A stretch of 64,000 bases of DNA, from NCBI GenBank assembly GCA_963800785.1, contig CAWDCH010000008.1, forward strand, positions 167,182-231,181. The letters run 5' to 3'. Both the position numbers and the translations under genes were made by a program. Every line of letters begins with the position of its first letter. Position 1 is the first letter of the stretch. This document shows positions 29,701-37,177 of the stretch, piece after piece. The notes under the pieces are model-generated. The model had not been told where the DNA came from, searched no databases, and saw nothing but the letters and a program-made list of their open reading frames with translations. Source of the DNA: Vicinamibacteria bacterium. GTDB taxonomy: Bacteria > Acidobacteriota > Vicinamibacteria > Vicinamibacterales > JAENWD01.

Positions 29701-29978
29701 GCGGTGAGGATGAATCCGCGCTGGGCGGTTTCTGCTTCAGTGAGCGACGCGATGATCGACTCGAGTCCCGCGAGCACTCGGTGGGTGTGGTCGACCGACT
29801 CCTGAGAGCTGACGAGCTGGGACGTCTGCCGGTAGGAGAGCGCGGCGCTGGCGGCGAGTACGAGCCAGAGAACGACGAAGCCGATTGTCCACGGCCCGAT
29901 GTTCAGCGCACGCTGGCAGTGCGGACAGACCACCACACCCGTCGGGAGATCCCGACGGCACATCGGACACTGGGTCAT
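26799..29978 (-). CDS. Hybrid sensor histidine kinase (Zn-ribbon-like, CHASE3, PAS x2, GAF, HisKA, HATPase, REC)
   Basis: CPMC..CPHC, AETAQRGF, NHTLLI..IDDSGAPI, SHELRNPL, NLLNNAAKF, GLGIGL, VVDD..LDIGLP..ALTGY..KPV. Confidence 0.93.
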   Translation of the reverse strand: MTQCPMCRRDLPTGVVVCPHCQRALNIGPWTIGFVVLWLVLAASAALSYRQTSQLVSSQESVDHTHRVLAGLESIIASLTEAETAQRGFILTADQGYLDQYRAAAAAMPQAIQGVRTLIPDNPSQLARLVEVERAARARLDTIDRSIAERQGPDGLERGRAVVATGEGRQHMNTVRARIAEMRRVEEGLLEGRETVAAHRFQLALVSNLISTGVAAVMVGLVFMLVRRVLLVRQRSAMVVANERERYRVTLASIGEAVIVTNTNGNVTFMNRVAEELTGWNSDAINRPLTEVFRIVNEHSRQTVESPVSKVLKEGLVVGLANHTLLIRRDGSEVAIDDSGAPIRDRSGAMTGVVLVFRDIGERRQAERALQESEDRYRTLIEVSPQSVWMASPDGRLTFVNQWWSNLTGLSSDQSAGDGWLQAVPAEHREATRHGWRIAIAGGDTCEIEAPIRRAADGADRWHQIQGRAIKRADGTIERWTGVAIDVHDERIAREALVGSLQRERETGTRLQRAAAASLTINASQSLTSIAGVMAGEALTIVPSHQSYSSIAVNEDWDNALTACSFSDKHAALRDRDVRPARVDPEVWRRRTPIRFTETERAAESAWWPPDDDGLRPALRGWLAVPLVGRDGRILGAIQLSDRVSGDFTEDDEAILRQLANLAAIAIENSRLYDALRDADRRKDEFLAMLSHELRNPLAPIRNALHILRLRARGDAVLEQTSDMMVRQVDHMVRLVDDLLDVSRITRGKIVLQREVVDAATIVNRAVEASRPAIESSRHSLMVTFANQPLPVDVDLTRMVQVVTNLLNNAAKFTPESGRVEICTSRKNGDAVVEVKDNGAGISDEVLPMIFDLFVQSGRTLDGSQGGLGIGLTLVKRLTEMHGGSVAAASGGPGKGSVFTVRLPLAAPGATMEDAQLTLDAGARASSAGRLRVLVVDDNRDSADSLRMLLSALGNEAQTAYDGQGALQLAADWRPELIVLDIGLPSMSGYDVVKRLRAAPETADAVVVALTGYGSESDRHRSAEAGFDDHLVKPVDMTRLEELLARTRRALTDRATPEL

Positions 29979-30003
29979 TCGGCAATGCGTGACGCGGAGG
30001 TAA

Positions 30004-30029
30004 ACCCGTGGGAGAACGCTCCCACGGGT
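30004..30029 (-). terminator. 11-bp GC hairpin, possible terminator or attenuator
   Basis: ACCCGTGGGAG-4 nt-CTCCCACGGGT with only a short U tail. Confidence 0.45.
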
Positions 30030-30091
30030 GGGGGGATCCGTGTGCCAGTTAAGACTAAGCGGAGCCGCGACTTGTCCGCAAGCGGACTGGG

Positions 30092-30313
30092 TTAACGGCT
30101 TCGGGCGAGATACGCCAGAAGCGCGGCGACGCCGCCGGCGAGGACGATCGCGCGGAGGACGTGAAACAGGCTGGCGAACCAGGCGATACCTAGCCCCAGC
30201 GCCGCCCACTGGACCCACCAATGGCCGGGCGAGGTCATCAGGTTGATCGCGAACAGCATCGCGAGGATCAGCGGCGCCATGAAGAGGAACTTCACCGCAC
30301 GCAGCGTCTTCAT
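30092..30313 (-). CDS. Small membrane protein (2TM-like)
   Basis: INLMTSPGHWWVQWAALGLGIAW; GAGG RBS. Confidence 0.75.
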   Translation of the reverse strand: MKTLRAVKFLFMAPLILAMLFAINLMTSPGHWWVQWAALGLGIAWFASLFHVLRAIVLAGGVAALLAYLARSR

Positions 30314-30395
30314 CGTCTTTGTGCCACCTCTTGGTGTGATCCTACGAAAACCTGGGACGAAAGTTTCTGCGCTGGGTGGGGGCCTGTCCCCGCCC

Positions 30396-31070
30396 TTACT
30401 GGCGGTACAGGCGGAGGTGGGGGCGGACGAGCTCGGTCCAGAGCTGGTAGCCCTTACTGTTCATGTGGAGCCGATCGTCCAGGTAGATGTCCGGCTTCGG
30501 TAGACCGTCAGGCCCCAGCATCTGGGGAAACACGTCGATGAAATCCAGCGTCGAGTCCGTACGGATGTACTGTCGGATCGCGCTGTTCGCGGCCTTGACG
30601 GTCTCGACCTGCGTCCACCGCGCGGGGTTCGGCGCGATCGAGATGAACGCGATTCGCGTGGCCGGCAGCGGCGTGTGGATCGCCTTCACGAGCGCCTGAA
30701 AGTCGCGCAGCACCTGATCGGCGCTGCGGCCGGCGTTGATGTCGTTGCCGCCGCAGTAGACGACGACCAGCATCGGCTGGTGCGGCGTGATGATGCGATC
30801 GACGAACGCCGTCACTTCCGGCAGCATCGATCCTCCGAACCCGCGATTCATCACCGGCAGCCCCGCGAAATCCTCCTTCAGCGTCGTCCACATCCTGATG
30901 CTGGAGCTGCCAGTGAAGATGATGCCGCCGCGGACCGGCGGATCGGAGAGGTCTGCCGCTTCGAAGGCACGGATGTCGGCTTCCCACTTCGCGGGATCCG
31001 GTCCGCCCTGCGCCGGCAGACGCAGCGGCGCGAGGAGCAACGCAACCAGCACGACCATCGACGCGCGCAT
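30396..31070 (-). CDS. SGNH/GDSL hydrolase
   Basis: GSSSI, NRGFGGS, GGND, DRLH; signal peptide. Confidence 0.92.
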   Translation of the reverse strand: MRASMVVLVALLLAPLRLPAQGGPDPAKWEADIRAFEAADLSDPPVRGGIIFTGSSSIRMWTTLKEDFAGLPVMNRGFGGSMLPEVTAFVDRIITPHQPMLVVVYCGGNDINAGRSADQVLRDFQALVKAIHTPLPATRIAFISIAPNPARWTQVETVKAANSAIRQYIRTDSTLDFIDVFPQMLGPDGLPKPDIYLDDRLHMNSKGYQLWTELVRPHLRLYRQ

Positions 31071-31169
31071 GGGCGGTCATTCTGTCACACGGTCTCGCCG
31101 GGTGTTGCAGATGCCGACACTGTCGCGCGCACGGCTGAACCGTCGCCGCAAACGTCAACGCGGGGGTCG

Positions 31170-31185
31170 TGGCGCACCCCTTGCA
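31170..31185 (+). promoter_or_regulatory. Putative sigma-54 promoter
   Basis: TGGCGCACCCCTTGCA, near consensus; -12 C is 14 nt before ATG 31198. Confidence 0.65.
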
Positions 31186-31197
31186 CCTCATCGCCGT

Positions 31198-31897
31198 ATG
31201 ACTCCGCCGATTTCACCTCGGCCGCTGATGATCGCGGCCGCGACAGCTCTGCTGACGGCGACGCTCGTGTCCACTGAGCTCTTCGCTCAGCCACCGGCGC
31301 CAGCGCAGCCAGCCACGCCACCAGCACAACCAGGCGCGCCGCCACCATCGCCGCCGCCATACGCCGGGACAACCAACCGCGCCGCCGACGCCCGCCACGC
31401 CCACGCCGCCGACGACAACGACGCCCGCGCCAAGCACGCCGACGAATCCGTCAGAGCCGATGCCTGGCACGACGACAACGCCGCCGACGGCGCCGAAGGC
31501 CACGACCGGCGTCACGCCGCGTGTGTTGACGAACGAGGGGCCGCTGCCCGGGCAGATCGGTCTGCCGATCGCGATGACCGGCTGCGTGAAGCGCATCGAG
31601 CGCCTTGATACCGACAACGCTTCGGTCGCCGACGTGATCAATCGCCCGATGACCGCCTACGTGCTCGAGCCATCAGGCGGGGAGGTGGACGAGGAGCGGC
31701 GTGTCACGGGGCTGATCTCCGCCAACGGGGGCGTTCGACTGGACGCAGTGGTCGGCAAGGCCGTCGTGGTCTCGGGCACGATGCGGCCGCCGATGGCGAT
31801 CGGCTCCCCGCCGAAAGGTGCCGACTCGCCAGAGATGACGGAGCTTCAACCGATGATCGTGCGATCGCTGAAGGCAGCGAGCGTCCAGTGCCGGTGA
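31198..31897 (+). pseudogene. Secreted Pro/Thr-rich protein with a C-terminal TGC...C domain, frameshifted near 31360
   Basis: Signal peptide and Pro-rich linker continue in the +1 frame (TPGQPTAPPT...MPG) into ORF 31460-31897. Confidence 0.7.
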
Positions 31898-31928
31898 GTG
31901 CGCTCGCGCAATCTGACGGAGGCTTGAC

Positions 31929-32414
31929 GTGAACGAACGACAGAAAGTCTACGAGATGCTCGATCGGTTCGAGTCCGCAATGCTCGTCACGCACAATCCG
32001 GACGGCATCCTCGACGCACGGCCCATGCGCGTGGCAGAGGTCGAACCGTCCGGCCAGCTGTGGTTCCTGGCGTCGCGATCGAGCCGCAAGGTCGGCGAAA
32101 TCGCGAAAGACTCGCGTGTCCTTCTGGTGTACCAGGACGGCGGCGAATACCTGTCGATCTTCGGCACTGCACGGCTCGTCGACGACACGCTGCGGACGCG
32201 TCGCCTTTGGAAAGAATCCTACAAGGTGTGGTTCCCCAAAGGGCCCGACGACGCTGACATCATGCTGCTCTCGATAGAGCCGGAAATCGCCGAGTTCTGG
32301 GACGTTGGCGGACTGAACGGCCTCCGCTACCTGTTCGACGCGGCGAAAGCCTACGTTACCGGTGACCGCGCAGCCATCGAGGACAGCGACAAGCACGCGC
32401 GGCTGCGCGTCTAG
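31929..32414 (+). CDS. Pyridoxamine 5'-phosphate oxidase-like general stress protein
   Basis: GGAGG RBS, AMLVT, ARPM, LWF, YLSIFGTA, WFPKGPDD, AEFWD. Confidence 0.88.
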   Translation: MNERQKVYEMLDRFESAMLVTHNPDGILDARPMRVAEVEPSGQLWFLASRSSRKVGEIAKDSRVLLVYQDGGEYLSIFGTARLVDDTLRTRRLWKESYKVWFPKGPDDADIMLLSIEPEIAEFWDVGGLNGLRYLFDAAKAYVTGDRAAIEDSDKHARLRV

Positions 32415-32454
32415 AGCAGTTTTCGTTTCCATGTGGAAGTAAGTCCTTCGTCCA

Positions 32455-32575
32455 TGGGCCTTAGTCCTTAGTCCGTTCTTTGTCCAGTGTCCTTCGTCCT
32501 GATGTCGTTCCGGTGGACCATGGACGATGTGGACCATAGGACGGACCAAGGACGAAAAGCCAAGGACCAGGAACA
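32455..32575. repeat. Degenerate inverted heptamer repeats (..GTCC / GGAC..)
   Basis: TTAGTCC-type units facing GGACCAA-type units. Confidence 0.55.
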
Positions 32576-32619
32576 GGTGCTGCACGGATCTGAAAAGCAC
32601 TCTAATGCCGGAGGGCACC

Positions 32620-33117
32620 GTGACACGATCATCGATCGTCAGAGCCATTGCCGCCGCCACTGTCCTGTCGACTGCGCCGCTGGCGGCACAATCCACGGCG
32701 CCGCCGAACGTCGCCCCGCCACAGGGCGAACAACGGCAGCCTGCGGCTACTACCGAAGAAATGAAGATCACGGGATGTCTCTCGGCCGCGGCGAATGCGG
32801 GTGCCGCCACGGGCGAAGCGAACAACGCGTCGAAATACCAGCTGAAGACGACGCCGGTGGGAAAGACGGACGCGGGGGAGTATGCCCTGCTGCAGCCGGG
32901 GACGCCGGATCTGAAGCTGGAGTCTTATGTCGGCCGCAAAGTCGAGATCACCGCACGACCCGCGGCCACCGCGGATCCGCTGTCGAAGCCGCAGTCGAAC
33001 GAGGGCGTCTCGACCAGTCAGCCGAGCGGCTCGACGGGAATGGAGACAATCCCTCCGCCAAGCGGTCGGACGCTGGTCGTCAGCGCGGTCAAGGTGATTG
33101 CGTCTTCGTGCCAGTAA
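32620..33117 (+). CDS. Secreted hypothetical protein, TGC...C family
   Basis: GGAGG RBS, signal peptide, ITGCL..YQL..LESYVGRKVEIT..VSAVKVIASSC. Confidence 0.75.
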   Translation: MTRSSIVRAIAAATVLSTAPLAAQSTAPPNVAPPQGEQRQPAATTEEMKITGCLSAAANAGAATGEANNASKYQLKTTPVGKTDAGEYALLQPGTPDLKLESYVGRKVEITARPAATADPLSKPQSNEGVSTSQPSGSTGMETIPPPSGRTLVVSAVKVIASSCQ

Positions 33118-33691
33118 CCAGGCCAATGCGGCGGCCCGCGGCGCAGTGATCGATCAGCGTCGCGAGCCGTCGCCGCTGGGTCTCTTCCTTCACGGCGCTG
33201 ACCACATACCAGATCGCCGTTCGCCGATAGCCAGGCGGCTGCGCCGCGAAGAACGCCCACGCCTTCTTGTTCGCGCGAAAGTCTCGCTCGAGCGGCGGAT
33301 CCAAGCGGGTTGGCCGCTCCTCGTAGGAGTAGCGGCCCACCTTCTTTGTGGATCGCTTCTGATACGCCGCGAGGCCTGGCGGCCGCATGAGGCCGGCGGC
33401 GATCAATTCCTCCGCGCGCTTTCGATTCACCGCGCTCCACACGCTGTCCGGTCGCCGCGGCGAGAACCGGTTCGTGTAGCTCGTGGCATCGACGCGTCTT
33501 CGCACGCCGTCGATCCAGCCGTAGGCGAGCGCCAGATCGACGGCTTCGCGGTAGGTGAGGCCCCCTCGACCTGATGCCTTGTTGTAGAACCCGACCATCA
33601 GCTCGCGCTCATGATCGTGATGTTTCGCGAGCCACGACTCGAACGCGTCCGCTGAAGCGAAGTAGGTTATGCGAGCGGCTGCACGCGCCAT
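33089..33691 (-). CDS. YdeI/OmpD-associated family protein
   Basis: FESWLAKHH, ALAYGWIDG, RFSPRRPDSVWS, AVKEETQRRRL. Confidence 0.9.
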   Translation of the reverse strand: MARAAARITYFASADAFESWLAKHHDHERELMVGFYNKASGRGGLTYREAVDLALAYGWIDGVRRRVDATSYTNRFSPRRPDSVWSAVNRKRAEELIAAGLMRPPGLAAYQKRSTKKVGRYSYEERPTRLDPPLERDFRANKKAWAFFAAQPPGYRRTAIWYVVSAVKEETQRRRLATLIDHCAAGRRIGLVTGTKTQSP

Positions 33692-33757
33692 GCCCGCATA
33701 TTTTAGCGCTCGTGGTCGGTGTCATGGCCCGACGAAAGTCGGGGCGGCAGATACCGC

Positions 33758-34225
33758 CTACGTGCGGGCCATCTCCGAGACGTCCGGCACGTCGACGCCG
33801 AGCGCTGTCGCCAGATCGATCTGATGCTCCTGCTCCTGACGGAGGATCTCCCGGATCTCCTCGGCCATCGCGTACTCGCCCAGCGCCTCGCACTGCTTCA
33901 CGCGCTCGCGATAATTGCGGACGGTCGTATTCTCGTTGTCGAGATCGAACCGCAGCATCTGCTCCGGATCGTCGGACGTCTTCACGGGCTCTGCTTTCAC
34001 CGTCGGCATGCCGCCGAGATAGTCAATCTGCTTCGCCACGACGAGCGCATGCTGAAGCTCTTCCGACGCGTGCTTCTCGAGCTCCTTCGCGATGCTCATG
34101 TATGCCGCACCCTTGAGCACCTGTGAGTAGTTCACGTAGGCGATGACCGCTTGATACTCGCGGGCGAGATCGCCGTTCAGCAACTCGATCAGCTTCTCAC
34201 GACTGATTTTGACGTCGGCTGCCAT
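33758..34225 (-). CDS. Ferritin-like (bacterioferritin-type) protein
   Basis: LNGDLAREYQA..Y, EELQHA, IDYLGG, EQEHQ diiron ligands. Confidence 0.9.
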   Translation of the reverse strand: MAADVKISREKLIELLNGDLAREYQAVIAYVNYSQVLKGAAYMSIAKELEKHASEELQHALVVAKQIDYLGGMPTVKAEPVKTSDDPEQMLRFDLDNENTTVRNYRERVKQCEALGEYAMAEEIREILRQEQEHQIDLATALGVDVPDVSEMART

Positions 34226-34284
34226 GGGAATTCCTCTCGAAGAAAGTAAACGTCTGGTAGGGCGGTAGGGCCTTCGTGACGCGG

Positions 34285-34300
34285 TGCAAGGCATGTTCCA
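34285..34300 (-). promoter_or_regulatory. Putative sigma-54 promoter of the ferritin-like gene
   Basis: TGGAACATGCCTTGCA (GG-N10-GC), 60 nt upstream of the ATG. Confidence 0.55.
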
Positions 34301-34424
34301 GCAACTCTGCAGAACGGGCTGGACGTACACCTTGCTTCTCCCGCGCATAAGGAGCACGATTCGGGCCCATCAGCAGGCGATCCGTTGTGTTTTTGTACAT
34401 CCAGAGAAAGCTCGAGGGCAGAAG

Positions 34425-35471
34425 ATGAACACGTCACAGTTCTCTCGAGGCCAGATGACGGAGGCGACTCGGTTCTGGCTTCCCATCGCCATTGGCTCAG
34501 CAATTGGCGCTCGTTACGTCTGGTCGCGGATGCGGCGCTACGACGTGAAGGGCAAGACGGTGGCGATCAGCGGTGGCACCCGCGGGCTCGGCTACCTGCT
34601 CGCACGCGATTTCGCGCGCCGGGGAGCGCGCGTGTTCGTGTTCTCGCGCAGCGGCGACGAGATCAGCCGCGCCGTCGGGAAGCTGCGCGGCGAGGCGCTG
34701 CAGGTCGACGGCCTGCGCTGCGATGTGCGCGATCCCAACGACGTGGCCGGAGCTGTATCGGCCATCGTCCAGCGCAGTGGGCGCCTCGACGTCGTCGTCA
34801 ACAATGCCGGCGTCATTCAGGTCACTCCGTTCGAGAACGCGCATGTCGAGGACTTCGAAGAATCGCTGCGCACGCATTTCTGGGGGCCGCTGCACATGAT
34901 TCGCGCGGCGCTGCCGTATCTGCGGAGGGGGCGCGGCCGGATTCTGAACGTCTCCTCGATCGGCGGACGGATCGGGGTTCCGCATTTGTCGCCTTACTGC
35001 GCGGGCAAGTTTGCGCTCGTGGGACTCTCAGAGGCGCTGCGTGCCGAACTCGCGAAGGACGGTATCGGCGTGACGACCGCGACACCGGGGTTGATGCGCA
35101 CCGGGTCGCACGTGCAAGTCGCTCTTCGTGGGCAGCATGAGCTCGAGGCCATGTGGTTCGCGGCGGCGATCGCCACGCCGTTGACCTCGATGAGCGCCGA
35201 CCGCGCCGCCCGGCAAATGGTGGACGCGTGCCTGTCTGGCCGCGCCCACGTAACGCCTGGCATTCAGGCGCGTCTCGCGGAGCTCCTCAACGTCGCCGCT
35301 CCAGAGCTGTTCGCCGAACTCTCGGCGCTCGTGGCCCGCGCGCTGTTGCCGGGCCCGGCCGACTCACCGTCGGGCGATGAGTCGAAGCGCGCGACGGACG
35401 TCGGCTTCGGATGGATCGCACCGTTCCTGCCCGACGCGGCGAGCCAACGGAACAACGAGATGCCGGCGTAA
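34425..35471 (+). CDS. SDR family oxidoreductase with an N-terminal hydrophobic segment
   Basis: GGTRGLG, NNAG, SSIGG, YCAGK, PGLMRTGS; start 34425 or 34455. Confidence 0.92.
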   Translation: MNTSQFSRGQMTEATRFWLPIAIGSAIGARYVWSRMRRYDVKGKTVAISGGTRGLGYLLARDFARRGARVFVFSRSGDEISRAVGKLRGEALQVDGLRCDVRDPNDVAGAVSAIVQRSGRLDVVVNNAGVIQVTPFENAHVEDFEESLRTHFWGPLHMIRAALPYLRRGRGRILNVSSIGGRIGVPHLSPYCAGKFALVGLSEALRAELAKDGIGVTTATPGLMRTGSHVQVALRGQHELEAMWFAAAIATPLTSMSADRAARQMVDACLSGRAHVTPGIQARLAELLNVAAPELFAELSALVARALLPGPADSPSGDESKRATDVGFGWIAPFLPDAASQRNNEMPA

Positions 35472-35629
35472 GACCGGATGAAGGTACTGGCAACTCTTCC
35501 GTCCGCAACTCGGCCGGAACAGATCGGTCGGGTATGGCGCAGGTCTGGCATAGTGATCGTGAGCAGGTGCGTGCTCCCCAGCGGGCGCCCGTTCGGACGT
35601 CGTGTTTCGCGACGCCAGGGAGTGAAGTC

Positions 35630-36055
35630 ATGAAACGCATGCGTTCAGCGATGTGTATGGCGGCGGCGATGCTGCTCGCCGCCGTAACGATGTCTGCTCA
35701 GGATGCGACCGACAAGACGGACACGAAGGAAAAGAGTGTGACCGGCTGCGTGCAGGCTGGGACGTCGCCGGGCACCTACATGCTCACCAAGGCGCAGCCC
35801 GCCATGGGCGACAAGGCGGCGACCGACACGATGAGCGGCGCGAAGGCCGAGATGGGATCGATCATGCTCTCGGCGACTGATGTCGATCTCGCACCGCATG
35901 TCGGTCACAAGGTGACCGTGACCGGCTCGATCACGGGCAAGATGAAGCACGGCGACACGTCGAAAGATGACAAGGCCGCGTCGTCCGACATGGCAGCTGC
36001 CGGTCCGTCGATGAAGGTGAAGTCGCTCACGATGGTCTCGTCGACCTGCTCGTAA
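35630..36055 (+). CDS. Secreted hypothetical protein, TGC...C family
   Basis: GGGAG RBS, signal peptide, VTGCV..YML..LAPHVGHKVTVTG..VKSLTMVSSTC. Confidence 0.8.
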   Translation: MKRMRSAMCMAAAMLLAAVTMSAQDATDKTDTKEKSVTGCVQAGTSPGTYMLTKAQPAMGDKAATDTMSGAKAEMGSIMLSATDVDLAPHVGHKVTVTGSITGKMKHGDTSKDDKAASSDMAAAGPSMKVKSLTMVSSTCS

Positions 36056-36139
36056 GCGCCTGCAACGTACGTCGGGCCGGACAGCCGGCCCGACCCGTTC
36101 TCTCCCGCCCGACGCGACTCTGGGGTAAGCTCCCACGCG

Positions 36140-37177
36140 ATGAGCGAGTCGCGCCCTGTCTATATCGGCACCGACTGCGGTGCCACCACCTCCAAAATCG
36201 GCGCTGTCTGGGACGATGGCACGACCGTCTCGACGGAGCTGTTGCAGCGGCGAACGAACGCCGATGCGGGACCGTCCACGGTCGTCCGCACGTGGATCGA
36301 GGCCATCGGCGAGTACCTCGAGACGAATGGTCTCGACTGGGGCCAGGTCCACGGCGTGGGCCTCGCGATTCCGGGCCCGTTCCAGCGTTATGGGGTACTC
36401 GATAAGTCCGCGAACCTTCCTCTCAGCTTCGCCGGCTTCGACGTGCACACTGCCTACAGCATGGCGCTCAGCGATCGCGTCCAGCGCCCGATCCCGGTTG
36501 TCGTCGGCAACGACGGGGACCTGGGCGGCGTCGCTGAGGCCCAGCGCGTGCGCGGGTCGATGACGGCCACCGTGTTGATGCTCGCGCCAGGCTCCGGGCT
36601 TGGCTGCGCATTCGTCGATCGCACGGGTCTGCCGCTGGCGGGCGACACCCTTGCCGGCATGGAGGCCGCGCACATGCCGGCGCCGCTGCACCTGCTCGGC
36701 GTGCGGCCGCTCCCATGTGGCTGCGGCCGGACCTGGGGTTGCGTCGAGGCATACACGACACTGTCGGGACTGCCGTATCTGCTTGCCGACAAGCTCGCGG
36801 AGCGTCAGGACCATCCGCTGGCGCAATCGCCGCTCGGACCGAAGGAGCGCGCGTTGGCGCTCCGCGGCCTCGCGGCCGAAGGCGATGCGCTCGCGATCGA
36901 GCTCTTCGATTTCCAGGCGCGCGCGTTGGGCCTGCACACCGCATCGCTTGCGATGGCCCTCGATCCCATGTTCGTGGTGATCGGCGGCGGCCTCATGGAT
37001 CCGGAGTCGACGACCCCGGCGTTTCGCGAGCGCTACCTCCGCGTGCTGCGGGAGGCCGCGGAGCCCTATCTCTGGCCGGCTCAGCGCGCGCGAATGACCC
37101 TCGCGCCGGCGACATTGGGCGATCTCTCGCAGGCCATCGGCGCTGCGCTGGTGGCGCTGTATCAGTCACGCGCATGA
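36140..37177 (+). CDS. ROK family sugar kinase
   Basis: GTDCGAT, GLAIPGP, GND, GSGLG, CGCG...CVE, IGGG. Confidence 0.9.
   Translation: MSESRPVYIGTDCGATTSKIGAVWDDGTTVSTELLQRRTNADAGPSTVVRTWIEAIGEYLETNGLDWGQVHGVGLAIPGPFQRYGVLDKSANLPLSFAGFDVHTAYSMALSDRVQRPIPVVVGNDGDLGGVAEAQRVRGSMTATVLMLAPGSGLGCAFVDRTGLPLAGDTLAGMEAAHMPAPLHLLGVRPLPCGCGRTWGCVEAYTTLSGLPYLLADKLAERQDHPLAQSPLGPKERALALRGLAAEGDALAIELFDFQARALGLHTASLAMALDPMFVVIGGGLMDPESTTPAFRERYLRVLREAAEPYLWPAQRARMTLAPATLGDLSQAIGAALVALYQSRA

Noticed and set aside
30053..30068. TGGCAC upstream of the kinase as a -24 box
   Set aside because: No GC at the -12 position
34320..34336. Sigma-54 promoter for the SDR gene (TGGACGTACACCTTGCT)
   Set aside because: Spacing is GG-N11-GC, one base too long
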